From Octopus bimaculoides (taxonomy: Eukaryota), in the NCBI RefSeq assembly GCF_001194135.2, contig NC_068984.1, positions 115,818,214 to 115,882,213 of the forward strand: 64,000 nucleotides of DNA, written 5' to 3'. The notes beneath the pieces were generated by a model. The model made no database searches. It saw nothing but the letters and a program-made list of their open reading frames with translations, and was not told the origin of the DNA. Below, piece after piece: positions 11,409 to 21,967 of this stretch; within the stretch, counting starts at the first letter, position 1, and each line of letters opens with the position of its first letter. The position numbers were made by a program, and so were the translations under genes.

Positions 11409-13175
11409 ATTTCTTTTATTCGCCTTGTGATGACCCGTCTTATAGAGGGGAATATCACAAGGGTAGACAATTTTTTTTGAGATTTATACAAAGAATGGGG
11501 AGAAAGAAATGGAAAAGTTAGTGAAATGATATTGATTAAACATTGTATACCCAGTATGTGATTACATGAATGATGCAGGAGAAACTCCAGCTAGGGACAA
11601 TCAAGGAATATCACTGATCGATGACTACTCTGACCCTCAAAGCCACAAGTCGTCTCTCATTTTTTCCAGTTTAGAAGTGCATACTTAGAGGAGGGCTAGT
11701 CACTCTAACCGCTATTACTACAGACATCCATATTTTCACAAATTTCCTGGGAGGTAGCACTTCCCTCTCCACCCTCACTTTCTTTTCTAAGTGAACATTA
11801 AAACTCTATGACAGCTTGACCAAAGGTGAAAATGTGTTTCCCCTTTGTTGTTGTTGTTGTTGTTGTTGTTGTGGGTGAGGCCGCAGTTCTATTTAAAGGT
11901 CTTTGTTGTTGGGGTGCGCTGTAGGCTGTAGATGTGGCCGCGCACCTCCCGAATTTCGCGGGCAGAAGGCTCTTAGGTGACTTGTGTACCCACATTTGTC
12001 AAATCTGGTCTTCCTGCCTTCCACGACGACACGCAGTTCCACCCCGTTGGGCAGCTGGATCAGATCTGGGATCTTCTTGATAATCTCTTGTTTCACATGG
12101 ATTAATATACCCCAGTTGATCCCGCACCAGTTCTCCCTGTTGCACCTTTTTACCTCCAGGAATGCCTCTGGATCCTACACAAAACATGCAACTATCTACA
12201 AGACGATCACACCTGGTGGCATGCCGTTTACTCTAATTCTCGCCGTTCTCTTTCGAGAGGTAGGTGGGATACAGGACCCACTCCTCAGTCCACCTAGGTG
12301 ACACTGCGTGTCTTCACGCGTGGTCCTCACTTTTAAAGAGAATCTCAATGCTGGCAAACTGTCTCCCTCTCTATATGTGAGCCACGTCTATTAAAATTTA
12401 GCTGAGGGCCTTCTGGAGGTAACTGATGGAAGCTATTTCGGATCTCCTACTTCTCCATGATATGCATTTAAAATGCACTGTCTTTGTTTCTTTTGCCTCT
12501 ATCATTTCGGGAGGTTCGAGCACTGATGCCTTACCCCTGACAATTTTGATGATGTCTTTTGCTTTTGAAAGTTCTCGAATTTTGTCCTCGAGAGGAAGTG
12601 CAAACATTTCCTTCTTTGTGTTTGCTACATAAGCGAATCCCTTGTTTTTGTTATTGTTTTTTGTTATTGCTGTTGTCGACGTTGTTTGTTGTTGCTGTCG
12701 CCTCCACCGCCGCTGCTGTTGCCGCCACCACCATGGCTGTCACCGCCTCCACTGCTATCATTGCCGTCACTGATGTTGCCAATGCTTTAATTGTTCTGCT
12801 ATGAAGTGGACTTTGAACTTTGGCGCCCTTCTTTTTCTCCTCCCCCTCTCCCGTAATGTTATCGGTAGCTGAAGGAAGAGGAGGGAAATCTTCAGCATTC
12901 AAAATTTTTTGAGGAGGGGTAGTTTTTTTTTCTTAAATCATCCAAGATGCGTTCCGCCACCTTGTTTATTTATTTTGTATAAAAACGTCCACCAATATAG
13001 CCCCGCTAGGGGCCAAATGAACACAGAAGTCCAATGCCAGGCCCCTAATTTTTCTATAAACAAGTTGGAACAATGTTTAAACGAAAAAAAACCCCCAACA
13101 AACGGTTGTAAACTAAAGTTTTAAACAAGACTTACTTCGCGACTTCGAGAATACGTCTGTCGTGTTCAGCAGTAT
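11409..13175 (-). mobile_element. Internally deleted L1/Tx1-like LINE: 5' UTR, degraded ORF1 (RRM-like plus zinc knuckle), ORF2 extreme C-terminus, 3' UTR
   Basis: ORF1 starts MNAEDFPPL (~12902) and continues IEILFKSEDH...LYPTYLGKRTARIRV, then LRVVVEGRKTRFDKCGYTSHLRAFCP (degenerate CCHC). After an (ACA)n run it reads KGKHIFTFGQAVIEF*CSLRKEVRVEREVLPPRKFVKIW (ORF2 tail). Ends AATAAAAGAA(ATT)n, with (AAT)n on both sides. Confidence 0.75.
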
Positions 13176-14317
13176 ATAATAATAATAATAATGATAAAGT
13201 TGAAGAAAAACGTTTTAAGATCTATGTCAGTATACAAGATGGGGTAAACCATTCATGTTATTGATAGAGTGTGATAAGCAACTGCAAGGAATCTCCACCA
13301 TATAAATACATATATCAGCGTAAAAGTACATCAGATTTTGTTATACGTGATGCAGAGACAATATGAAAAATAAAATCTTCAGATTTATTTTAAAATTACC
13401 ATTGGATAAAATATATTTACTTATAGTTTATCTAAGCAAGAAATATCTTGAGAGGTGTTGGCGAAAAAAAAAAAATGAAAAAACAAAAGCAAAAACAGAA
13501 ACGATACAAATGGTGTACTGTTAAAAATAGATCGTTATATATCTGAAAATTGTAAACAAATCGTGATTTCGAACCTCAAATCATAGAGATATTATGAGAA
13601 ACAAATAACAAGATGAATTAGTTAAAAAAGAAAAAAAATGAAAGTAGAAAACACAAATTTTAATCGAAAGCTATACTCAGTAAAATCGTTTAGCAAAAAC
13701 ATCGGTAAATGGTGGAAGAAATATTTCAAAAAGTCAAGAGATACAATACCAAACTTTTATGCGTTATTATCGCAACTCGAATAAGCTTCTTATAAGAAAA
13801 CGTTTAGTCACTGAACAATAAAAATAAAGATTTTTGATGTGGTGACACGTTGAATAAAGCTGCAGGGATAAGTTTTTAACCTGAATGAAATTTGGATGCA
13901 GATAAACAAACGGAATGCAAATGAAAAATACAAACTACACTGCCTGCTATTCATGCAGCAGAAACATATGTCGGACAGTAGTTTAAATTACATATACTGT
14001 ATAAATGACTCTAATAATAAAAAGTGTGTGTGTGTTTATGTTCCTTCATACACACCCACACAAACTCACCCACCTCCCACATAATTGTTTAATTGGTACC
14101 AGTCATTGCATTACATTTATATTACAATCGTCTTGCACAAGGTGCTACGAAGCGGGATCGAAACCGAAAACTCGTTGCGCAATGTGTTCTCTTTAACAAT
14201 ACGCACATACACATTCCCAAACGCACACTGTTTTTTTCTCTCTTCGTGTTTCTGTGTATCTGCGTGTGTTTCTTTCTCTCTATCCCCTTCCTCTTCCTCT
14301 CTCTATCTCTGTCTGTG

Positions 14318-14348
<31 letters not shown>

Positions 14349-14540
14349 TTCTCTCTCTCTCTGATTCCTAAGTTTGAAACAGAATCACCTCACTAGCCAC
14401 GAAGCACCACTAATTGAAAACGCTGTCAGGCATGCGATCTGCTCAACTGATACATTAAAAGTACAATGTGTTATCCCTGTAATGCTTCACAAACAATTGA
14501 AATCTCAACTCAATGGGGACTTCTAGGAATACTTTTAGAT

Positions 14541-14802
14541 CAGTGGTTCTCAACTAGGGCTCATATAACCCTTGGTTGGGTGGAAGGGGTCCATCTAAGA
14601 TTTCGTTGTTAAAGTTTAGGCGCAATACATTGGTTATACTTGTACAATACACAAAATATTTTAACAATTTTTGAATACAATTCCCAATAATATATAATTA
14701 TACAAATATAATAGGATTTTTTAAAACATCGAATAATTATACGAGTCCAGTAGGGTAAATGGAAATCAAAGGAATCTATAGGCGAAAAATGGTTGAGAAA
14801 CG
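14541..14802. mobile_element. hAT (Charlie-like) MITE
   Basis: Left end CAGTGGTTCTCAAC, right end GGTTGAGAAACG. Flanks ttttagat / ttctaaat resemble a degraded NTCTAGAN 8-bp TSD. Confidence 0.55.
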
Positions 14803-14861
14803 TTCTAAATTCTTAATCTATTAATTTCTATCTATCTACCTGTCTGCCTGTCTATATATGA

Positions 14862-15070
14862 AGGTAGTGAATTGACACAATCGTCAAAGCGTGGCAAATG
14901 TGGTTTATAATATTAGTTCCGGATCTTTACGTTTTGAGTTCAAAATCTCTCAGCGTAAACCTTGCTTTTAATCCCTCTCCTGTCTATAAAATAAACTTCC
15001 AGCCAAGTGCTCAACCAATGGTATCGACTAATCTCTGCCCTGGAAATTGCTGGCCTTGTGCCTAAATTGA
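14862..15070 (+). mobile_element. Old SINE family A-related copy
   Basis: tctttacgttttgagttcaaa B-box region and the aaattgctggccttgtgcctaaatt tail. Confidence 0.6.
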
Positions 15071-16280
15071 ATACATACATACATACACACACACACACGG
15101 ACACAAAACACACACACACATGCACGCTTACAGACATACACACTTGAACACACACACACACACACACACACATGTATATATGTATATATGATATGTATAT
15201 CTGTTCGTGCCTTCATAGCTCCCTCTATGATTATGATAATATTGTTTAATATACTTTAAAAATAACTATACTAATATAATGTGCTGCATTTTCGTAGTTT
15301 ACATATAATGTTGGTATCTATAAACTCGTCTTTGTCAATCCCTTTTAAGCTGATATAACTAACAATTGATAACTCCACTTTAAGTGTAGCCATTTGAAAT
15401 TGGTTTACAAGAGACACTTGAAGCAATGCTCTTTAAAGGTTTCCTCTTCTAGTATAATCGGTTAAAGATCTGTAATTTCCGAAAGACACTACTGCTGCAG
15501 TTCAGTATATTCACGTACAATATGGTTTTAATAGTCGTTCGTGCATACAGTGTGCATAATATCTTCGTATATTGAATGTCAACCTATGGCATTTTACCGA
15601 GAAAGCAAACCCACAATATTATTCAACATTTATATGTGTGCCAGACCAAATTGTTGCTGTAAGTTAAACGTGATGCCTTCTTGGATTCAGTTATTCCTAC
15701 ATGTCGAATCCATTATGTGTATTTTTCCATTTTCCTATTTTTGTTTTCTCTTATCGACTCATTTTCCCAAGCAATATAGTAAATATCTTCTTTTTTTTTT
15801 CATATCGAGAACTACGAGTGTAATGTAAAGATGGTTACGTTTATCTAATTTTCTCCGATGTTTTCTCAGAAAAATACGTTCAGGAACTTTAGACATATAT
15901 AACATACGAGAGACACGTTTGTATCTTGTTATCTTGCTTGCTATCTCCTCAGCAATCAATGTGATTATCGCTTAGTTTCTAGTTTCCTGTTTAGTAATTA
16001 ACCAGTGCTCTCAGAACTTTGGAAAATAGATTAAAAATGTTCCAGGAACTTGAGGAGTATCAGGTCAATTTATCAACACTAGTTTAGCATTTTCTCTTAC
16101 ATTTATATCAGTAAACGAGTTATTAAACAAGAAATAGTACAGAGTTGGCTAAAAGTCACTAAGTATGATCGCATGCTGCTGTCTGTGGGCATAATATGGT
16201 GACATCAACTGCTGCAAACTACATTTTCACACGGGATTTTGGGCTCACTCTACACACATACACACATATATAGTGTAATC

Positions 16281-16460
16281 TTTTCTACTATAGGTATAAA
16301 ATCTGAAATTTTAGGTGGGGGCTAGTCGATTATGTCAACTGGAACTTATCTCATCAACCCCGAAACGACGGAATTTGAACTTAGAACACAAAGACCGTCA
16401 AAATGCAGCTACGCATTTATCCGGCGTGCTAACGATTCTACCAGCTCGTCGCCTTTTTCA
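16281..16460 (-). mobile_element. SINE family A (internally deleted)
   Basis: ggcgtgctaacgattctaccagctcgtcgcctt head and ctagtcgatta body. Confidence 0.7.
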
Positions 16461-16759
16461 TAGAATAATACAAGATGAACAGGCGATGGTAAATAACATC
16501 ACACCATTTAAAATTAACTCTACAGAACTGAGTATAAATATAATTAGGCAGGAAAGCAAGGAAATCAGTAAAGTTAACAGTAGTTCTTCATCAATATGGT
16601 GACCCAAATTCATGAAGTTTGACCGATTTGTGGCATAATTTAGTGGATTCAGCTGTTACACCAATTGCACCTTTTATTACAGCCCCAATCTGTATTTCCT
16701 TATCATTGTTCATGCTATTGTTGTTGCTGTATGCCATTCCAAAGTGAGGGTGCATAGCC

Positions 16760-17030
16760 TAATTGTTAGTCTGTTGTATTCACAATCGGGAGACAGTTTC
16801 AATCGTTCGATAGGATGATGCTTTGTGTTTTTGAGTAAAACACTTAATCTTACAATAGACTGCGATAACTTCAACACCAGACGTGTGGTATACAATACAC
16901 TTGTTGAGGCAACGTCGATTTGGAGGTGAGAGTGAGCTAATGTGCAGCACATGCATTTGATCACTATAAAGGAATCATATTCGCTAATTGCTCAGGAAGA
17001 AATTGCAGAATTTCGACAGACCACCGTCAT
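16760..17030 (+). mobile_element. Degenerate SINE (family G)
   Basis: gctttgtgtttttgagtaaaacactt and caacaccagacgtg...ggcaacgtcgatt; similar to 2295-2480. Confidence 0.4.
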
Positions 17031-17904
17031 ATCAGTCCAGTCCTGTTCAAGAAAACCTACGATCATAGATATTTCTGACTTTACCATCCTTTCTAAGACT
17101 ACATTCTTTATTCTGTCTCTCCTCTTTTAAGATAGTGGAATGTTGTTTGAGGCAGATTTGGCTATGAATTCTAACCACATCGAGTAACATCACAGAAGAT
17201 CTAACGTTGGAACTAACATTTACTTCTGTATTTACCAGGGTGGTGTACGAAAAGTCTTTCACGTTGTTGCTTAAAAATCGTTGATATATAATGTTAGTTA
17301 ATGAAGAAAGACAAACCATTTCATTGCCATTGATAATTTATTGATTTGTTTCAAAATAACCCAACAAGGTGAGCTATAAAATTAATTAGACTTTATTCTA
17401 TCCAGCCGCCTTTCCGTCTTTACTCATTTGTTCTCATCTAATTTAGTGTTAACGTATTTCATATAGAGAGCATTAAGAAAAGCTAACCAGGAATAATTAT
17501 GCAGCGAGGAGAAAATATTATTAATCAACGATAAATACAGTTTTATATTATTTCGACAAGCATGGGAGATAATTTTGGGTATACATTATCGTAATTATGA
17601 CCTCATCATCGAAGTATAGACTTAATGAATCATTAAGTACATAATACAAGATTGTATATTGATTGTGTAGAAATAGAGAGTTATTTAGGGAAAAATGTCT
17701 GAAGCTGATTTGAATGTCTATCAGTTCAGTATATTATCCATCATTGATTATTGGGGCTTCTTTAAAATTATAAAAGGTACTGATGCTCATAATATATCTT
17801 ATTCCGAAAAATGCGTTTTCCTCTGTGTCTTACATTCGTACTTGTATTGTCATATTTGAGTTGGTGTGCCTATCGGTATTCTTTCTCTTTAGGATCGAGA
17901 TCAT

Positions 17905-18125
17905 ATATGAGTTTCTAATATTGGTTTCAAGTCCAGCATTTTCGGGTGGGTGGGGGTTAAGTGGATTAGATCGACCCCAGTTTTCAACTGGTTCTTATTT
18001 TATCGACTCCAAAAGGATGAAAGGCAAATTCGACTTCAGTGGCATTTGAACTCAGAACGTAAAGACGGACGAAATGCCGTTAAGAATTTTGCTAGGCATG
18101 CTAACGATTCTGTCAGCTCGCTATC
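17905..18125 (-). mobile_element. SINE family A
   Basis: Near-complete reverse complement of the consensus (gaactcagaacgtaaagacggacgaaatgccg...gctaacgattctgtcagctcg). Confidence 0.85.
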
Positions 18126-18173
18126 TTTGTGGGTATCTAACATTATTGACTCTATTTGGCAGCTAAACTTCTC

Positions 18174-18759
18174 GGATCTTTTTTAAAACGGGGGCCACAT
18201 TTTTCATTAACGAAACACTTTGAAACTTGGAACACTGGTAGAATGTGTCATATAAAACATCTTTTTCTCTTAGTCTTCTTTTTAAAAAAAGAAATCCATA
18301 AGTTATTCCATGTTAAAGTTGTCGTATTTCTGTAATTTCAACCAATCACTGACGTCCATTCAGCCGATATACATTAAGTGCCGACTACATAAACAAACGA
18401 TTCTGAAACAATTAACCCTAACCCTAACCCTAGGGTTAGGGTTAGGGTTAGGGTTAGGGTTAGGGTTAAAGCAAATTTAAAATGAAAAAAGCAAATAAAA
18501 CGAAGGTATGGTGATTAAATACGCTTTACATCGCTTAATCAGCCAAAGGAGTAAATATAAACAATTGAATACTTGTCAGTGATTGGTTGAAATTATCGAA
18601 ATAAGACAATTTTTTACATGAAATAAATTCGAATACAAAAATATTTTTCTGTTCTATAACACAAAATAGATAAGTATACGAAGTTTGAAAGTCTTTCCGT
18701 ACCAAAAACACTACGTAAAACATTAATGAAAAATGTGGCCCCCGTTTTAAAATAGATCC
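18174..18759. mobile_element. 586-bp MITE, Merlin/IS1016-like termini, with a central telomeric palindrome
   Basis: 37-bp TIR GGATCT(T/A)TTTTAAAACGGGGGCCACATTTTTCATTAA with 1 mismatch; exact 8-bp TSD AACTTCTC (18166-18173 / 18760-18767); internal inverted pair atttcaaccaatcactgac / gtcagtgattggttgaaat. No ORF. Confidence 0.85.
18413..18468. repeat. Interstitial telomeric-repeat palindrome (TAACCC)3-TAGGG-(TTAGGG)5
   Basis: Read directly; the inversion centre CCCTAGGG is at 18428-18435. Confidence 0.95.
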
Positions 18760-18799
18760 AACTTCTCCACTCTCGCTCATCACTCATCATCATTCTATC

Positions 18800-19050
18800 G
18801 TTATTGTTCTGTCGAAATTTCTTGCACCTTCTCTTAATTTTACTAATCAAATGACTCCTCTTCTCACTAATATTCGTCTTGTTACTTTTGTTGATCTTAC
18901 CCGTAATAAGAGTTTCGACTACAGTAATTTCATTCGCCGAATATCTGTCCTATGGAACTCTCTCCCTTCTTGTTTCCCAGATAAACATAATCTTATTTCT
19001 TTTAAACTCTATTTTGATCGATTTCAGCAGTTTCTCAGTAGATGTATACT
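18800..19050 (+). mobile_element. 3' remnant of a CR1/Jockey-group LINE ORF2
   Basis: ORF 18851: ...FIRRISVLWNSLPSCFPDKHNLISFK matches the LWNSLP..VFP...NL..FK post-RT motif. Confidence 0.65.
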
Positions 19051-19311
19051 TTTTGCGTTTCTTTTGTTACTGCAATCATATTAAGTAGTTGCTTGTGGCC
19101 TGCTTCACAAAAAGTTGTTTCTCGCTTTGTTTGGAATGTCAAAAAACAAAACAAAAAAAAAACACAAAAACAATTTTCGTATAAATTCTTAAAGTGTTCC
19201 ATGAATTATTCTCTCTCGTCATATGCCATTTACCTAAGCTTTAATATCTTCTATTTGACGTATCTCAATTCAATTATTTTATTACTGTCTGTATGTTATA
19301 TGATAATTTGA

Positions 19312-19720
19312 GAGGGCTGAAAATTCCCTCTCCACTTCTGAAGTTGTAATAAGATAAGAAATGAGATTAAGGAAGACATCACTGACCAGGTCTGTGTTGT
19401 TGCAACTAACTAAATCATTTACCGTATAACTGTCTTTCAGTTGAGATGATGTCGCTAAAATTCAATCCTGGTAACTTTTAATATACTGAAGTCCTTTTCC
19501 AAGCAGGTAGAATCTTTGGTTAGAGGAATCATTCTAATCAAATTTCTACAGCGCAATCTCTTGAATATAACTTGAATGATGCTCATTTATGTTCATTTAA
19601 TATATTAGCCAAAAGCTTCAAGTAAATTCCGGACTACTTTCGATCCACTTTCGGAATGTCGTTTGAACTTTTATTGGCGAAACACAGTCTTCCTTCAAGG
19701 TTAGGCTTTGTTTCTAGCTG
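19312..19720. mobile_element. Possible mariner-derived non-autonomous remnant
   Basis: gagggctgaaaattcc resembles a mariner TIR start; ccttgaaggaagactgtgtt on the minus strand resembles a degraded LEGDYVEK C-terminus. No second TIR found. Confidence 0.25.
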
Positions 19721-20183
19721 TACTTGTAGATTTTCAGTGTCAGATTTTCCTTTATTGATATGAACTACACAGGTGAGTATCATACTTATTCCAAACTAGA
19801 TAACAGTTAATTTCCTTTCGGATTATCCCGAAAGAGCTTTCTAATTGTAATATACCTAATACGAACATATGTGTTTAGTTCAAAAGTAATTTTAAAACGC
19901 TAATTTAAAAGAAAGAAAAACATTTATAGATGTTTGAAATATTGGCAAGGTCACCAGTGATGGCGGAATTTTATTACAAGGAAGTAACACGGCTACATTT
20001 AGTAATTTTGTTTCGTAGCCGCTTATCACCCTGTATGTAGCAGATCCATGAAACATGTAGTCAGTAAAAGACTATGCCTGAACTTCAGATCTATCTCCGC
20101 GGTTATTACATGCTTCTGTGTATTCAGAGCCGTAATATATGTTCAGATATATGAATATATGCTCCGATATATAAAGTGTGTGA

Positions 20184-20568
20184 GGAGGCGCAATGGCCCA
20201 ATGGTTAGGGCAGCGGACTCGCGATCAGAGGATCGCGGTTTCGATTCCCAGACCGAGCATTGGGAGTGTTTATTGAGCGAAAACACCTAAAGCTCCACGA
20301 GGCTCCGGCAGGGGATGGTGGTGAACCCTGCTGTACTTTTCCACCACAACTTTCTCTCACTCTTACTTCCTATTTCTGTTGTGCCTGTAATTCAAAGGGT
20401 CAGCCTTGTCACACTGTGTCACGCTGAATATCCCCGAGAACTACGTTAAGGGTACACGTGTCTGTGGAGTGCTCAGCCACTTGCACGTTAATTTCACGAG
20501 CAGGCTGTTCCGTTGATCTGATCAACTGGAACCCTCGACGTCGTAAGCGACGGAGTGCCAACAACAAC
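20184..20568 (+). mobile_element. tRNA-derived SINE family B (full length, (AAC)n tail)
   Basis: A box TGGCCCAATGGTTAGG, B box GGTTTCGATTCC; highly similar to the copies at 27437, 37722 and 61037. Confidence 0.9.
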
Positions 20569-20815
20569 ATTGTTGTAACGCTAAAGACTGATGATGTTTA
20601 ACATATGTATATATTGTAACATCCAGCAAAGAACATTTAACATACATATTAAACAGAGATAAATATATTATTAAGCAATGAGATTTATCTTTGTTTCATT
20701 TGGAATTAAAACTTCACGGTAAAACTATTGTTGTTGTTGATGGTGATGACGATGCTGATGGTAATAATAATAGTAATGATAATGGTAATGATATTGATAA
20801 TAATAAGAATAAGCA

Positions 20816-20878
20816 TTCTTCTTCTTCTTCTTCTTCTTCTTCTTCTTCTTCTTCTTCTTCTTCTTCTTCTTCTTCTTC
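20816..20878. repeat. (TTC)21 / (GAA)21 microsatellite at the 3' end of an R4/Dong copy
   Basis: Read directly; source of the poly-S/E/L pseudo-ORFs. Confidence 0.95.
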
Positions 20879-21755
20879 AGAAGTCTCACGTTTATCATGT
20901 GCTTTCACTGCACTGCCGAGCGCAGCTCTGTGTGTCTTGTGTATGTGCCGTGGTTTGTTATGGTGTTGTTATTATCACTGTTTTGAAAGTGCTTTACGAA
21001 GGATGTATGCGGTGCCTAGTAGTGCTATTTTCTGAATGCTGTATATACTCGTACGGTTTGGTGTTTTGGTTATGTATTTGACTATATGCTTTTTAATCAT
21101 GCCTAGTGCACCTATTATAGGAATTGTTTCTGTTTTTAGGCTTCATTGTCTCTATTTCCAGTTCTTTTTAATTTGAGAGTTTCTCCGTTTCTTTTAGAAA
21201 CACAATGTTATCCGTTGGGAGAGATACGTCGATTAGAAGGTCCTTGTTCTTGATGATCTCTGACAACTATATCCGTCTGTTAGCCTTGATTTCTCTATCT
21301 GTGTGTATTGGCGTATCCCAGAGTATGGTTGCTTTGTCATTTTCTGAGACTTTTTCTTGGAAATGATTATACCATCTTGTTTCTCTTGTCATTCTATAGT
21401 ATTGCTACAGCTTCCAGTATGTATACACCGGCATGGCTGCGGATATATTCCTTTCTAGCCAGACTGAGCAGCCAGAAACAATATGATTTATTGTTTCTTC
21501 CCCATCACCACATATTCTGAACTTATTGTATTTCTCTTCTTCATTTTGTGTTTCTGTTGATTTCTGATGGAGAGACTTTGATCTTGTGCTGCAATTAAAT
21601 ATCTTTGTCTCTACTTTTAGTTCTGAGCTTCTCAACAATTGTTGGAATTTTACTTTGTCTCTTTTCTGTTTAGCTTATCCCAGTATTTGCCATGGTATTT
21701 TGTTGTTCCGGTTTTAGTATTGATTTCATTATTTAGATTTAGATATCATCTATGC
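20879..21755 (-). mobile_element. 5'-truncated R4/Dong LINE (same family as 1-235)
   Basis: Frameshifted translation: KYHGKYWDKLN, LRSSELKVET, AAQDQSL, FRICGDGEETINHIVSGC (CCHC), ILWDTPIHTDREIKANRRDIVV (PD..D-type RLE). Shares the 3' UTR motif AGAGCTGCGCTCGG with 181-194. Confidence 0.85.
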
Positions 21756-21932
21756 CATTGTTTTAACACCAAGACTGAGGATGTTTAATACATAAATATT
21801 TTATTAACATCGTGCTAAGAATATTTAACATATATATTAAAGAGACGTAAATATATGATTAAACAATGAGATTATCTCTGTTTCATATGAAATTATAGCT
21901 GTGAAATTGCACCATATTCATGATGATGATGA

Positions 21933-21965
<33 letters not shown>

Positions 21966-21967
<2 letters not shown>

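Noticed and set aside
18413-18468. Telomeric repeats as a chromosome end or fusion scar
   Set aside because: They lie inside a TIR- and TSD-bounded element, are very short, and are in the opposite order to an end-to-end fusion.
20691-21081. Poly-S, poly-E and poly-L ORFs (and the poly-Y/poly-L ORFs at 31855-32587)
   Set aside because: Translations of (TTC)n and (AAT)n microsatellites.
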